Shown: in pieces, positions 24,043 through 36,833 of the stretch
Layout of the letters: each line of letters opens with the position of its first letter
How positions within the stretch are numbered: position 1 is the stretch's first letter
NCBI RefSeq assembly: GCF_006345805.1
Contig: NC_043006.1
Location: 71,176,001 to 71,240,000, forward strand
Origin: Octopus sinensis
Lineage: Eukaryota
Direction: 5' to 3'
DNA length: 64,000 nt
Made by a program: the position numbers and the translations under genes
Notes under the pieces: generated by a model
What the model saw: only the letters and a program-made list of their open reading frames with translations
What the model was told of the DNA's origin: nothing
Database searches by the model: none

Positions 24043-24220
24043 TGTATACGACGGGTTTCTTTCAGTTTCCGTCTACCAACTACGAAATCCACTCACAAGC
24101 CTTTAGTCAGTCTGAGCCTATTGTAGGAGACACTTATCCAAGATGCCCTGCAGCAGAACTGAATATTCAGAACACGTGGTTGGAAAGCAAGCTTTTTACC
24201 ACACAGCTACGCCTACGCTT
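23700..24220 (-). mobile_element. SINE group A with expanded internal (CATA)n(TATG)n
   Basis: Group A motifs on both sides of the microsatellite. Confidence 0.8.
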
Positions 24221-24363
24221 ATACATGTATCATATATATATATATATATCTTATGATAAAAGGCATATATATATATATCTTATGATAAAAGGCATATATA
24301 TATATATATATATCTTATGATAAAAGGCATATATATAATATATATATATATAATATATATATA

Positions 24364-24410
<47 letters not shown>

Positions 24411-24634
24411 TTTGAGGAAAACAGATACCTCTTAAAAGGAGCTGTAAATATCCAAGCTTCACCGGTTTAATTTTATATAACTATGAAATGTTCAGGAATC
24501 CAGTATTACAGTATTACTTAATAGTATTGGCGTTTATTGTTTAATAATAGGCACCAATTTAGTATGTTACGGAGATCAATAATTGCTTCACTTCGATATA
24601 TATGGATATATCCCAATATTCCAATATAGTAGGC

Positions 24635-25008
24635 AATGGAGGGATTTATCAGATAGACATCAATTTATTACCATATTCTCGAAATTCCCTGCTACTTACA
24701 ATTGTTTTGCATGCACTTCTCGCTCAATAACAAAATTGATAAATTAAAACAGAATTTTGAAAATAGCGAGTTAAATACTTCATCGGGTGAGAATTAAAAC
24801 ATGGAAGGAATAACATCATAATAAATTATGATGTGATTCCTTCTGTGTTTTAATTCTCACCCTGATGAAATATTCGGCTTACTATTTTCGAAATTCAATT
24901 TTATTTTATTAATTTTGTTATTGAGCGAGACGAGCATGTAAAACAACTGTAGATAGAATTTTAGCAATATATTAATAAATTGATGTCTATCGGATAAATC
25001 TCCCCATT
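24635..25008. repeat. ~375-bp imperfect palindrome (arms ~188 bp, 2-nt centre)
   Basis: Centre catcataat-aa-attatgatg at 24823-24824; arms pair out to aatggagggatttatc / gataaatctccccatt. Confidence 0.85.
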
Positions 25009-25022
25009 ATATTATTATTGAA

Positions 25023-25073
<51 letters not shown>

Positions 25074-25197
25074 CAAAAACAGGTAATAATATAGATTACT
25101 ACCAGTGGCCCAGCACAAAGGACGAATTAGTCATTAGACAAAATATTATTCATATAGAAATACATATATACATACACACACACACACACACACAAAC

Positions 25198-25251
<54 letters not shown>

Positions 25252-25338
25252 ATATATGTATGTATATATATATATGTGTGTGTGTGTGTGTGCGTGTATA
25301 TATATATACATATATGTATGTATGTATGTATGTATGTA

Positions 25339-25817
25339 CAAGCACCGGTTGCATTGGACTGGACACCTTATTAGAATGGAGGATAGAAGGATTCCTAAGC
25401 AGATGCTCTATGGAGAACTTGTAAATGGAAGGAGACTCCGGCAGAAACCAAGGCTGCGATTTAAGGACTGTGTTAAGTCCTCGTTAAAGGCCTTTGATAT
25501 GCAGGACACTGACTGGGAGAACAATGCCTGTCATCGCCACTGATGGAGGAAGCAGGTTAAGGAGGGGATCGACACTTTTGAGAGAGCGCGTATCCAGCAT
25601 GAAGAACTTAGGCGAGCTGTGCGAAAGCGCACGGCTCGTATAGTGAATGGGGAAAGCTTGGTCTGCAATGTTTTCAGTCGTGTATGCTTGTCAAGAGCAG
25701 GGCTCATTAGCCACCAACGGAGCCGCAAATGCAAAATATAAGTTAGTCCGAGAGCGCACAATGTTCCTGAAGGTCGGCAATGGTCTTCCTCGGTCACGAG
25801 TGGATGGCCATCATCAT
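25339..25817 (+). mobile_element. RTE-clade (BovB-like) LINE 3' end
   Basis: RLHWTGHLIRMEDRRIPKQMLYGELVNGRR...PRLRFKDCVK...VCLSRAGLISHQR with one internal stop; (CAT)n/(TATG)n tail. Confidence 0.9.
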
Positions 25818-25924
25818 GTATGTATGTATGTATATATACATATCTGTATGTATGTATGTATGTATGTAGTATGTATGTATGTAGTATGTATGTATGAATG
25901 TATGTATGTATGTATGTATATCCA

Positions 25925-26049
25925 AACCACATGGTTCCGGGTTCAGTCTCCCTGTGTGGCACCTTACGCAAGTGTCTTCTACCATATCCTCGGGCCGACC
26001 AAAGCCTTGTGAGTGGATTTGGTAGACGGAATCTGAAAGAAGCCCCTCG

Positions 26050-26086
<37 letters not shown>

Positions 26087-26305
26087 GCATTTGTGTTTTT
26101 GTGTTTGTCACCCCCTCCCGCCATCGCTTGACAACCGATGTTGGTGTGTTTACGTTCCCATTACGTAGCTGTTCGGCAAAAGAGATTGATAGAATAAGTA
26201 CTAGGCTCACAAGGACTAAGTCCTGGGGTCGAGTTGTTCGACGAAAGGCGGTGCTCCAGTATGGGCGCAGTGAAATAACTGAAACAATTAAAAGTGTAAA
26301 AGAGT
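25925..26305 (+). mobile_element. SINE group A
   Basis: accacatggttccgggttcagtc...actgaaacaattaaaag. Confidence 0.85.
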
Positions 26306-27397
26306 ATATATGTTTGTGTGCGTGTGAGTGTGTGCATGCGTGCGTGTGTATATGTATGTATATATATATATAAATAAACACCACGACAGCACACAATCAC
26401 TGCCACCACATCACATTACACTCACTGCACCTGCGTTTCTACTCGCCAATGTCAGAGGCTACCACACGACCATCACCGCCAGTGCTCCCCCACGCCTCAC
26501 TCCCATCATGAATACACTAGGACCACCGTAACACGCCACAACATCACACTTCCAGCATCACACGTCGCCACCACATAACCGCTCCATGCGCTACCTGCCA
26601 CTCGCCACCATCACCATCACCATCACCGCACCACAACACCAAGCTACTTCATCCCCACACCGTCATCACCCACCCGCCCTCAACGCCCCATCCACCCGCA
26701 CCACCCCACCACCACTACTGCCACTACTCCACCACAGAGTGACATTAACCCATTAATTATATTGCATTTGGTGAGCTTCACCAATATGAGAGTTTGTAAT
26801 GGTGTTGTGGTAGTGGTGGTGGTGATGGTGGTAGTAGTGTGATGTGGTGGTATGGGGTTCTGGCGCATTGATGTGACGTAGTGTGAAGTGGTGTGGAGGT
26901 TTAAGTGCGATGCTATATTGGCATGGTGTCATGGTGTAGTGTTGGTAATAGCAAAGAGGTTGTAGTGGTGGTGGTGGTGGTAATGGTGGTTGTAGTGGCG
27001 GTGGTTGTGGTTGTAGTGGTTGTGGTTGTAGTGGAGGTAGTGGTGGTTGTAGTGGTGATTGTGATGGTTGTAGTGGTGGTGGTGGTTGTAGTCGTGGTGG
27101 TGGCAGAGGTTGTAGTGGTGGTGGTGGTGGTGGTGGTTGTGGTAGTGGTGGTTGTAGTGGTGGTTGTGGTAGTGGTGGTGGTGGTGGTGGCGGCGGCGGC
27201 GGCGCCGGATGCGGCGGTGGCAGCGGCGGCGGCGACAGTGGCGGTGATGCGTGTTCAACGAAAATGATAGCTTGGAAGATGGTGATGGCGTTTAGACCCA
27301 GGACAGGCCTTATCGAACATCCAGATGCTTCTACAGATCCAAGTCTTTCAGATACACCTTGTCATTATCGTAATGAAGACCGCCACATTGTCTAGAT

Positions 27398-27709
27398 CAG
27401 GGGTCGGGACACTTTTTCAATCAATTACCCCCAAAATATATTCATTTACGCCGACGTTACCCCCTTGATTTGGAAGGAAAGAAGGAAGGAAATCCCAGAA
27501 TCTTTGAATTCAAAAGGTTTGCTGAATCTATTTATACGAATTTATTCACACAATTATTCACACATTGGACAGATGCAGTGTTGCCAGAAGAAACATTTCT
27601 TTCGTAACAAGAAACACGTTTTTTATGTAATTCTACTGAGTTCTCTTTACCCCCATGAATGTCATTTTTACCCTATTTGGGGTAATTTATCCCGGTTCTC
27701 CGACTCCTG
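27398..27709. mobile_element. hAT (Buster/Charlie-type) MITE
   Basis: TIRs caggggtcggga / ccgactcctg; 8-bp TSD gtctagat / atctagat (NNNTANNN). Confidence 0.85.
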
Positions 27710-27884
27710 ATCTAGATACACAATGTCGTCAACGTGTTTTGTAACGTCGTCATCGTATTACCTAAATGCAACATGTCACCCACGTTTAAGACCATTCTAC
27801 AGTTACACTATTACTATCGAAGTCGAGGGTCACGCTACACCCTCCAGCATGCAGGGTTGTATCGTATGGAGTGCAGAGCACAAT

Positions 27885-28305
27885 CTTTTTTCTTTTATTT
27901 CTTTTAGTTATTGGACTGCGGCCACACTGGGGCAACGCCTTGAAAGGGTTTAGTCGAACAAATCGACTTTTTTTTTTTGAAGTCTAGCACTTATTCTATC
28001 AACCACTTTTACCGAACCGCTACGTTACAGGGGCGTAAACCACCCAACATGGGTTGTCAAACGGTGAGGGGACCAAACAGGAAGACACTCATATATGTAT
28101 GTATATATGGATGGATGTATGGATGGATGGATGGATGGATAGATGGACAACGTGCTTCTTACAGTTTCCGCCTACCGAAACCACTTACAAGCTTTTGATC
28201 GGCCTAGGGTTATAGTAAAAGATACTTGCCCAAGGTGCTGCACTGTAGGACAGAACCCAAGGCCGCGTGGTTGGGAAGCAAGCTTCTTAACCACTCAACC
28301 ATAGC
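27885..28305 (-). mobile_element. SINE group A (diverged)
   Basis: Group A motifs. Confidence 0.75.
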
Positions 28306-28805
28306 TGCGAACAATGTGAGCATTTTCTAATCCTCCGTTGACTTGTCAGTTTTTCTGCATCTACAAGTTCTGGTAATGACCACAGCTGACACGAGTAATG
28401 TGAACTCCGTCCAGATGCGATGGTTGTTGCTCCCGTGTATTTATCATTGATACTAAGAAATCTAGCACAGTGTTTGCGGCTGAGACTAATGATACAGTCG
28501 TTTTTATCTTTGTGTGTGTGTGCGTTTATCTTTAAGAAGCTGTCGTGGTTGCGAAGCAAGATTCTTAGTCACACAACCATGCCTGCGCCTAAAGTTCTTT
28601 TTCTTTTTCAAAAGTAAGTCTTTGAAAATGTCTGTCACTGATGGAGATTAGAAATGTTGTTCTGTTGGATTAATGTGATGTTTGTGAGTTTGTCTTTTCT
28701 TTGCGTGTAACATAGGACTTCAACACTGTGTCTTCCAGGTGTGAACCAGCGAGAGACCATGTTGAGGTTGCTTTGTTGACTTGGAGGAAGAAGTGCATGT
28801 GGTAC

Positions 28806-29205
28806 TAACCAACCAATCAACCAATCAACCAATCAAACAACCAATCAACCAACCAACCAATCAAACAACCAATCAACCAACCAACTAATCAAACAGCCAA
28901 TCAACCAACCAACTAATCAAACAGCCATCAACCAACCAATCAAACACCAATGAACCAATCAACCAACCAACCAATCAAACAACCAATCAACCAACCAACC
29001 AATCAACCAACCAACCAATCAACCAACCAATCAAACACCCAATCAACCAATCAAACAATCAAACAAACAATCAACCAACTACACAGTTAACCAAGTAGCC
29101 AATTAATCTGCCAACCAACCAATCAGTCAACCAATCTACCAATCATTCAACAAATCAATCAGCCGATCGATCAAACTAATCGACCAATCATAGAAACAAC
29201 CAATC
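28806..29205. repeat. (AACC/AATC) compound tetranucleotide array
   Basis: Seen directly. Confidence 0.9.
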
Positions 29206-30075
29206 CAGTGTTTTTCAGGAATTAACGAGTATTGAGGATGATCCTTCTGCCGTTTGTGTCTCTTACTCCATGGTTGCCAGTGACTCTGAAGAATGCTGTT
29301 GTGCAATCTTCCATGCGGAGGCTGAGACCCTTATTGTGGACGAGAAGAGAGAGGGGGAAGAGAGAGAGGAGAAAGTGAAAGAGAAAGAGGTGCAGAAAGA
29401 CTGAAAAGAGAGAGTGAAGAGGGAAGCAGAGACAAGGCGAGTGAGAGAGAGTGAGAGAGAGAGAGAATAAGATAGAGGATGAAGTGTGAATGGAGGAGAA
29501 AGGGGGATATGTGAGAGGCAGAGAGAGATGTTGATAAAGGAGGTGAAGTAAAAGGAGAAGGATAATGTTAAGAAAGGAGAGGAATAAAAGGAGGAAAGGG
29601 AGGAGGTAGTGTTTGTAAGGGAGAAACACCAACGGAGAGGCAGGAACTGGGGATAAAATGGGAGAGTTATGATAATTTAGAGAGGGAACACAATAAAGTA
29701 CAATGGGAATGAAAAAGGAGGAGAGAGGTAGAGAAATGGAGAGAGAGTTGCCAAAAATATAAAGAGAGTAGTAGTAGTAGTAGAGGGCGTGGGGGCGTGA
29801 GGGCAGCGGCGTTGGGGAGGCGGCGTGGGGGTGGCAGTGTAGGGGCGGTAGCAGCGGTGGCTGTGTTGGTGGCAGTGGTTGATGGTTGAGATAGTAGTGA
29901 CAATGGTGTTAGCAGCGGTGGTAGTGGTATGGTAGTGGTATGGTAGTGGTGGTGGTGGCGGTAGTGGTGGTGGTGGTTGTGTTTTTGATTGTGGTTGCAA
30001 TAGTGGCGGTGGTGAAGGTGGTGGCTTTGGTGGTGGTGCTGGTGGTGCTGGTGGTGCTGGTGCTGGTGCTGGTGC

Positions 30076-30106
<31 letters not shown>

Positions 30107-31467
30107 GCTGGTGGTGGTTGTGGTTGTAATAGTGGTGCTGGTGGTACTAGTGGCAGTGATGGAGGCGATGGTGGTGTTTGTGATTGTGGTTGTAAAAGTG
30201 GTGGTGGTGGTGGTGATGGATGTGGTGCTGGTACTGGTGGTGGCAGCGGCGGCTGAGACGGCAGTGTCGGTGACGGCGGTGGTGAGAGAGATAGCGATGG
30301 TGACGCTCTTGATGTTGCTAGTAGTTGTAGTTTAGCCAACCTCCATGTCAAATCTGATCAAGCATAGCTAATAGCTATCACCAAAAATTATTCCAGCCGT
30401 GACCATCCCATATTTTTCCTAAACATAACAGAGAACCCACGATTACATTTATTAAATATGTCTCTTTCTAAAGACAGCTGAGAGTCGATTTGAGGGAGAT
30501 TTAGCAACTATTTCTAGCAGATTGCTTGACCACATAGAGACACCCCACTATGAAGTTGGTACTGTGGGTATTAGGGTAAGGGTGGCTGTAATATTGTTGT
30601 TGCTATTTAGCACCAAGTCGACCCAGATCGGGCAGGCCTAAAATTATAAAACACTCCAAATGTGACCATCTCACATTTTGTATATCAAGAAATACAAAAT
30701 CGTAATCCTCTATGTGAATGGTTCGGCGCGTGCGCATGTGTACGCGCGCGTGTGTATGTGTGAGTCTGTGGGTGTATGATTGTGTGTGTATATGTGTATA
30801 TGTGTGTGTGTGAGCGTGTAAGTGTGTGTGTCTATGTGTGCGTGCGTGCGTGTGTATATGTGTATATGTGTGCATGTGTGCATGTGCATCTCTGTGTGCA
30901 TGTGTGCATGTGCATCTATGTGTGTGTTTATCTGCGTATACATGTGCATATGTGTGTGTAAATGTGTAAGTTTCTGTGCGTGTGTATGTGTATAAGTTTA
31001 TGTGCGTGCAGATATGTGTACGTACGTGTGTGTATGAGTATATATAAACGTATGTGATTGCATTATGTTTGTTTATGTATGTATATGTATGCACGTGTCG
31101 TTGTTTGAGAGCATATGTGTATGTATGTATGAATGTATGCATGTATGTATGTATGTATGTATGTATGTATGTGCGTGTGTGCGTCTGCGTGTGTACGTGT
31201 GTGCGTCTGTGTGTGTACGTGTGTGTGCGGATGTGTGAGTGTGTGTATGCGCAAATGTATCTACGTGTGTATTTATCTGCCTGTATGTGTGTATGTGTGA
31301 ACATGTGTATATGTATGCATGTCTGTATATGCATGCGTGTATCTATGCGTATGTGTATGCATGTGTGCGCATACGTGTATCAGTGTGCGTTTATCTGCGT
31401 GTATATGTATGTGTGTGAGTGCGGTTGTGTATGATTGCATGTACATGTGTATGTGTATATATGTATG

Positions 31468-31512
<45 letters not shown>

Positions 31513-32568
31513 ATGCGCCTGACTACATGTGTAAATAATTTTGCGAGTGTATGTGTGTGCGTAAGTGTATTTGTGTGCTTGTACATACGTGTGTGTGTGT
31601 ACACATGTATGTGCACGCGTGTGCATTTGTGTGTGTATGCACGCGTGTCTATATGCGTGTGTGTATGCGTATGTGTGTGTGTGAATGTTTTAAATCGTCT
31701 GCAGTCAATTAATTGTTAGATCTGGTTTAAATAAACAGCCTATGAAGTTGTAACGTTTACTGAAACCTAACACAGCAAAGGTCATTGAAATGTCAATAAA
31801 TTATATTAATTAATGTGACAATTCACTTAATTAATTAGCTCGGTGATTCTTTTGTTGTTTTTTTTTGTGGTTTTCTTCAAAAATATTTTTTATTGATTAT
31901 TATTTTTATTGTCGTTGTTCTTGTTGTCACTGTTATTATTGTCGTTGTTGTTGTTGTTAGAGCGGTATAGGCGATGGTTGGTAGAATCCTTAGAGCATCG
32001 AACAAAATGCCTTGAGGTGTTTAGTCACATCTCTTTATGTTTTGAGTTCAAATCTCGTTGAAGTTGACTTTATCTTTCATCTTTTCAGGACTGATAAAAA
32101 TAAAGTTCTAGTCAAAACACCGGGATTCTTGATAAAAACTTCTGCTCCCTTCCCATTAAATTTCTGATCTTGTATCGTTGGAAAACTAGAGCGATGGTGG
32201 TCAAACTGGAAGCAGCACGTGACTCGTAGCTCCTAAAGCTTCTAAAAGTGACTCCCGAGATCACATTGGGGGTCAGTGCCGTTTCTCCTAAAACGCTATG
32301 CGACAACTCCAGAGTTGTCATCCTTGCACGTTGGATTATTCTAAATCACAGGAATCCGCTCTATTAGCAGAGATTTTAAGTTTCAATGGTAGGAATGTAT
32401 TTAACTAATCTAAAATGGATTGTACTTATGGAAATCTTAGTGAAAGAACGGGAACAGAAGTTTATATCAGTTAACTATAACTGTTATTATATAGCTAAAT
32501 TAAATGTGCTTGTCAAATCTAGCCAATCCGTTTGATTTATCATTTCTGTGTTAATATACGCCTACATG

Positions 32569-32925
32569 AAGGCGGCGAGTTAGCAGAAACGTTAGCACGC
32601 CAGGCGAAATGTCTTTACGTTCTGAGTCCAAATTCCGCCGAGGTCAACTTTGCCTTTCATCCTTTCGGAGTTCATAAAATAAGTACAAGTTGAGTACTGG
32701 CTTTGATGTAATGGACTAGTCTCCTCCCCACCAAAATTTCAGGCGTTTTGACTATAGTAAAAAGAATTTTTATGAAGTCATTGAGTCCAAATTCCGCCGA
32801 GGTCGACTTTGCTTCTCATCCTTTCGGGGTCGACAAATTAAGTAACAGTTGTGTACTGGGGTCGATCTAATCGACTGGTCTCCTCCCCCAAAATTTCAGG
32901 CCTTGCGCCTAGGGTAGAAAAGAAT
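32569..32925 (+). mobile_element. SINE group B with tandemly duplicated body
   Basis: gagtccaaattccgccgaggtc occurs at ~32624 and ~32784. Confidence 0.8.
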
Positions 32926-33239
32926 ATACACCTACCTGCTCAAGAAGAAGCCACTTCTAGCAGCTTTAAAAAGGCAGTCACGAAATCACATGTTCAACTG
33001 CAGTTCAAAACGGAATCTTAGTGGTATGTCAATTTGATCACTTTGATGAAAACTCCTCGTATCTTTTATACGTTAGCTAATGTACGGGTAATTTGTTTTG
33101 TCTTTTAAAAATTATTGTCCAAACAGTGATTGCAGCACGCTGAATACGATCCAAATGTATTTTAAACAAGTACTGGATTATCAAATAAATTCGATCGTCC
33201 CACCATCACCCCCATTTATTTCTATACAAAGTGGGTTTT

Positions 33240-33580
33240 TTTAACCTTAACCATCGAGTGAAGGTGATGGATGACAATATCATGAAAGTGTCCAATCTGC
33301 TAGTGTAATTCCGACGTGGATTGGCACCGATCCCCGTTGATGAGCATACTCAATAGATCCTCATTGAACTGAACATGTTGGCGGAGGGTCTGTGAGCTCG
33401 AATTTCTCCTCCTTGAAGTGTAAAAAGCATTTCTGTGTAGTTCTTTGAGTAATAGCGCCTACTCCGAACGTAGCAGAAATGTTTCCAGCGGTTTTGACTG
33501 CTTTGGAACCTTGGTTGAAAGTGAAGAGAAGCATGGATCGAAAATGCTCACTTTTTTTGTTCTAATTGCCTCTCCATCAT
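33240..33580 (-). mobile_element. Mariner (Mos1-like) transposase N-terminal HTH remnant
   Basis: MERQLEQK/SEHFRSMLLFTFNQGSKAVKTAGNISATFGVGAITQRTTQKCF...VQFNEDLL...IVIHHLHSM, frameshifted. Confidence 0.8.
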
Positions 33581-34061
33581 GTCTGAAACAAAATTTGTGG
33601 AGAAAGAAAAGAGCTGCAATTAACCATAACACACTTCAATGAAAATATTTTGACGTTACCTTCTTTTCCCTCTTTTACTTGTTTCAGTAATTTGACCGTG
33701 GCCATGCTGGAGCAACGCCTTTAGTCGAGCAAATCGACCCCAGGACTTATTTTTTGTAAGCCTGGTACTTACTCTATCGGTAAGAAAAAATGAGAAAAAT
33801 AATTATTCAACGGTTTTTCTGAAAAGATTAAATGAAGAAAACTAAGATGGACGGTAACTGTAAGTTCTCTACATTACTTGTGTATCGGATGAGCACTCGA
33901 GGTAAAAACAGCGATTGAAAGACAGACCGGTAGATGTTTTAAAAGAAGTAGCTTATTGCAACATTAGAAGAAAATATATGAATCTTCATTCTTTCTGCCT
34001 GTTCCTTCTCTCTCTCTCTCTCTTTCTTTAACTCTCTGCTCTATCTCTTTCTCTCTCCCAT

Positions 34062-34097
<36 letters not shown>

Positions 34098-34199
34098 TCC
34101 CCTGTCTACTCTCTCTCTCTCTTTTCTCCTCCCCTGTCTCCCCTCTCTCTCTTCTCCCTCTTTGTCTTTCTCTACATAATCCTTTCTCTTATAGGCACA

Positions 34200-34366
34200 T
34201 CGATCTCACTGACCCCAGCAATTGACTGGTACTTAATTTATCGACTCCGAAAGGATAAAAGGCAAAGTCGACCTCGGCGGAATTTGAACTCAGAATGTTG
34301 CAGCAGACGAAATACCGCTAAGCATTTCTCCCGGCGTGTTAACATTTCTGCCAACTCGCCGCCTTC
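34200..34366 (-). mobile_element. SINE group B
   Basis: Reverse complement of 11402-11580. Confidence 0.8.
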
Positions 34367-34445
34367 TCTTTCTCTATATAATGACACACGCGTATTACAC
34401 GCACCCGCAGATACATTCTTGCGTGCATGGCAACAGTATGTCTGT

Positions 34446-34745
34446 GAAGGCGTGTGGCTCAGTGATTAGGGTATTCGGCTCGCGATCGAAAGGTCGTGAG
34501 TTCAATTCCCGGTGACACATTGTGTCCTTGAGCAAGACACTTTTTTTCACGTTGTTCCAGTCAACTCAGCTGGCAAAAATGAGTAGTACCTGTATTTCAA
34601 AAGGCCAACCTTGTCACACTCTGTTTCACGCCGAATCTCCCTGAGAACTACGTTAGGGGCGCACGTGTCTGTGGATTGCTCAACCACTTGCGCGTTAATT
34701 TCACGAGCAAGCTGTTCCGTTGATCGTATCAGCTGGGACCCTCTT
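34446..34745 (+). mobile_element. SINE group C (third body type)
   Basis: tRNA head ggcgtgtggctcagtg...gagttcaattccc; body shared with 51918-52300. Confidence 0.8.
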
Positions 34746-35040
34746 TTAATTATTTGTCTGTCTTTTCTCAGTACGCATGAATGTTTCTACACAGATAAAT
34801 ATATAAATATCTCTACACACTCGTTAAAAACATTTAATTAAATTATAAAGCTAACACTTCTGAAAATGAAAGAATTTCTTGTTTTCGATAGTTGTATAAA
34901 GTGACTAAATGTCTATAACGATCCTATTGGAGAAATGCGAGTTTGTATAACATACATGCACACACATGCATTCAATTATACATACATACATACATACATA
35001 CATACATACATACATACATACATACATACATACATACATT

Positions 35041-35325
35041 CTTGAGCCTAAATCGTTTGAAACATAAACCTGAGACCGTACCAAGTAGCAGCGTTGCATC
35101 ACCATCGGAACCAAGAGTTTAGAAGCAACCAGAAGAGAAAAAGAAGAAACGAAACGACAGGAGAGAAAGGCTCGACAAAGTCAACCTCGTCCTCCGCCAA
35201 CATCAATGCCATCGACTGTTCTATGCAACGATTGGTCTACGGTGTCAATAACGCCATCACAGTAAAGGAAGCGTTCAGCGAAGAGGAAACTAAATTCTCG
35301 GATACCGAGATTAAGCTGACAATGA
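35041..35325 (+). mobile_element. RTE-clade LINE 3' end
   Basis: DRTK*QRCITIGTKSLEATRREKEETKRQERKARQSQPRPPPT...ATIGLRCQ*RHH, then ctcggataccgag hairpin and a microsatellite tail. Confidence 0.7.
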
Positions 35326-35404
35326 CATACAGACATACATGCATACAGACAGACAGGAAGAGAGAGAGTGTGTTGTGTGTGTGCGAGAGAGAGAGAGAGA
35401 GAGA

Positions 35405-35447
<43 letters not shown>

Positions 35448-35519
35448 CAGAGAGAGGAAGAGAGAGGCGTGGACAAAATAGAAATTTATATATTTGTCGT
35501 AACGTCTTTAACGATGTCA

Positions 35520-35823
35520 TAAATGACCATAGGATTGTCCCTAGAAAGTTGCCCTCTAAGACACAAATCCAAGAAAGGTGGTTTGTGGAAGACCAGCAGT
35601 CGCCCATGCATACCAGCCTCCCCTCTCCGCGCCACTGATGTTATCCAAGAGAAAAGGCAAAAGCTGATACAGCTTGGCACCAGTGACATCACATCTCATT
35701 TCTACAGCTGAGTGAACTGGAGCAACGTGAAATAAAGTGTCTTGCTCAAGAACATAGTACGCAGCCTAGTTCGGGAATCGATCTCACAACCTCACGATCT
35801 AGCCACTGAGCCATGCGCCTTCA
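35520..35823 (-). mobile_element. SINE group C (second body type)
   Basis: Homologous to 22308-22638. Confidence 0.8.
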
Positions 35824-35844
35824 CTATCCTGTACTTATATATAT

Positions 35845-36210
35845 ACTCTTTACTTGTTTCAGTCATTTGACTGCGGCCGTGCTGGAGCACCGCCTTTAGT
35901 CGAGCAAATGGACCCCCAGGATTTTGTAAGCCTAGTACTTATTCTATGCTAAGTTACGGGGACGTAAACTTACCAGCATCGGTTGTCAAGCTATGTTTGG
36001 CGGGGGGGGGACAAATACAGACACACAAACACAGACATATACATATATACGACGGGCTTCTTTCAGTTTCCGTCAAACAAATCCACTCACAAGGCTTTGG
36101 TCGGCCCGAGGTTATAATAGAAGACACTTGCCCAAGGTGCCACGCGGCGGGACTGAACCCTGAACCATGTGGTTGGTAAGGAAGCTACTTACCACACAGC
36201 CACTCCTGCG

Positions 36211-36213
<3 letters not shown>
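35845..36213 (-). mobile_element. SINE group A with an internal deletion
   Basis: Homologous to 9885-10263. Confidence 0.85.
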
Positions 36214-36255
<42 letters not shown>

Positions 36256-36293
36256 GAAAGAAGGTTTGAAAATGCAATTTAAAAGATGTTTAT

Positions 36294-36338
36294 TTACTTA
36301 ACCGGTTTCACTCTTTGGAAAAAGATTGTCAAAAGTAA
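36294..36338 (-). ncRNA. Decayed minimal hammerhead-like motif (Penelope type)
   Basis: TTACTT-TTGACAA-tctttttccaaagagt-GAA-ACCGGT-T-AAGTAA: 6-bp stem I, palindromic stem III, core two transitions away from CTGACGA. Confidence 0.5.
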
Positions 36339-36680
36339 CATATGGAAGTTTGGTTGCGTTAATTATTGGTTGTTGCAAATTGCCACATTACATGTATATA
36401 TACAGTCTTTGATAACAGGGACATGTTAAGGACATAAAAAAGTACAACAGTATGATGAGAATATTTGAAAAAATGGGCAGAAAAGATTAAAACAAATATA
36501 TTATACATCTCAGGGTAATTTCCAGGAGGAATTATCAAAAAAAGTTCAGTACAGAATATTATGAATTCAAAAAAATTTACATTAAGATTTACATTAATGT
36601 AGTGGCGAGGTTGTTTACTGACCTGTCCGTTTTAGCAGAATTCCACATTTCTGGACGAAAAGTATAATAATGGTCGGCGG

Positions 36681-36833
36681 CTGAAGTTAGAGCGACTCTA
36701 GGGGCGAGAGTTTCATACATTGACCCTTTATTAATCAGCAGAAGTAACAGAGTGACTCAAGGGCCGAGGCTTTCGTGCATTGACACTTTATTAGTGAGTA
36801 AAGATTACAGAATTACCCATGGGCCGAGAGCTC
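36681..36833. repeat. Diverged 60-bp tandem repeat, ~2.5 units
   Basis: agcgactctaggggcgagag / agtgactcaagggccgaggc / aattacccatgggccgagag at 60-bp spacing. Confidence 0.75.

Noticed and set aside
24862-24897. CTGATGA...GAAA hammerhead-like core in the palindrome arm
   Set aside because: No convincing stem I partner or stem III.
29215-29345. Unique island with open frames on both strands
   Set aside because: No recognisable domain, and strand and splice sites are ambiguous; may be an old LINE fragment.
29677-30351. Proline-rich 224-aa ORF
   Set aside because: A (GGT)n array read on the minus strand.
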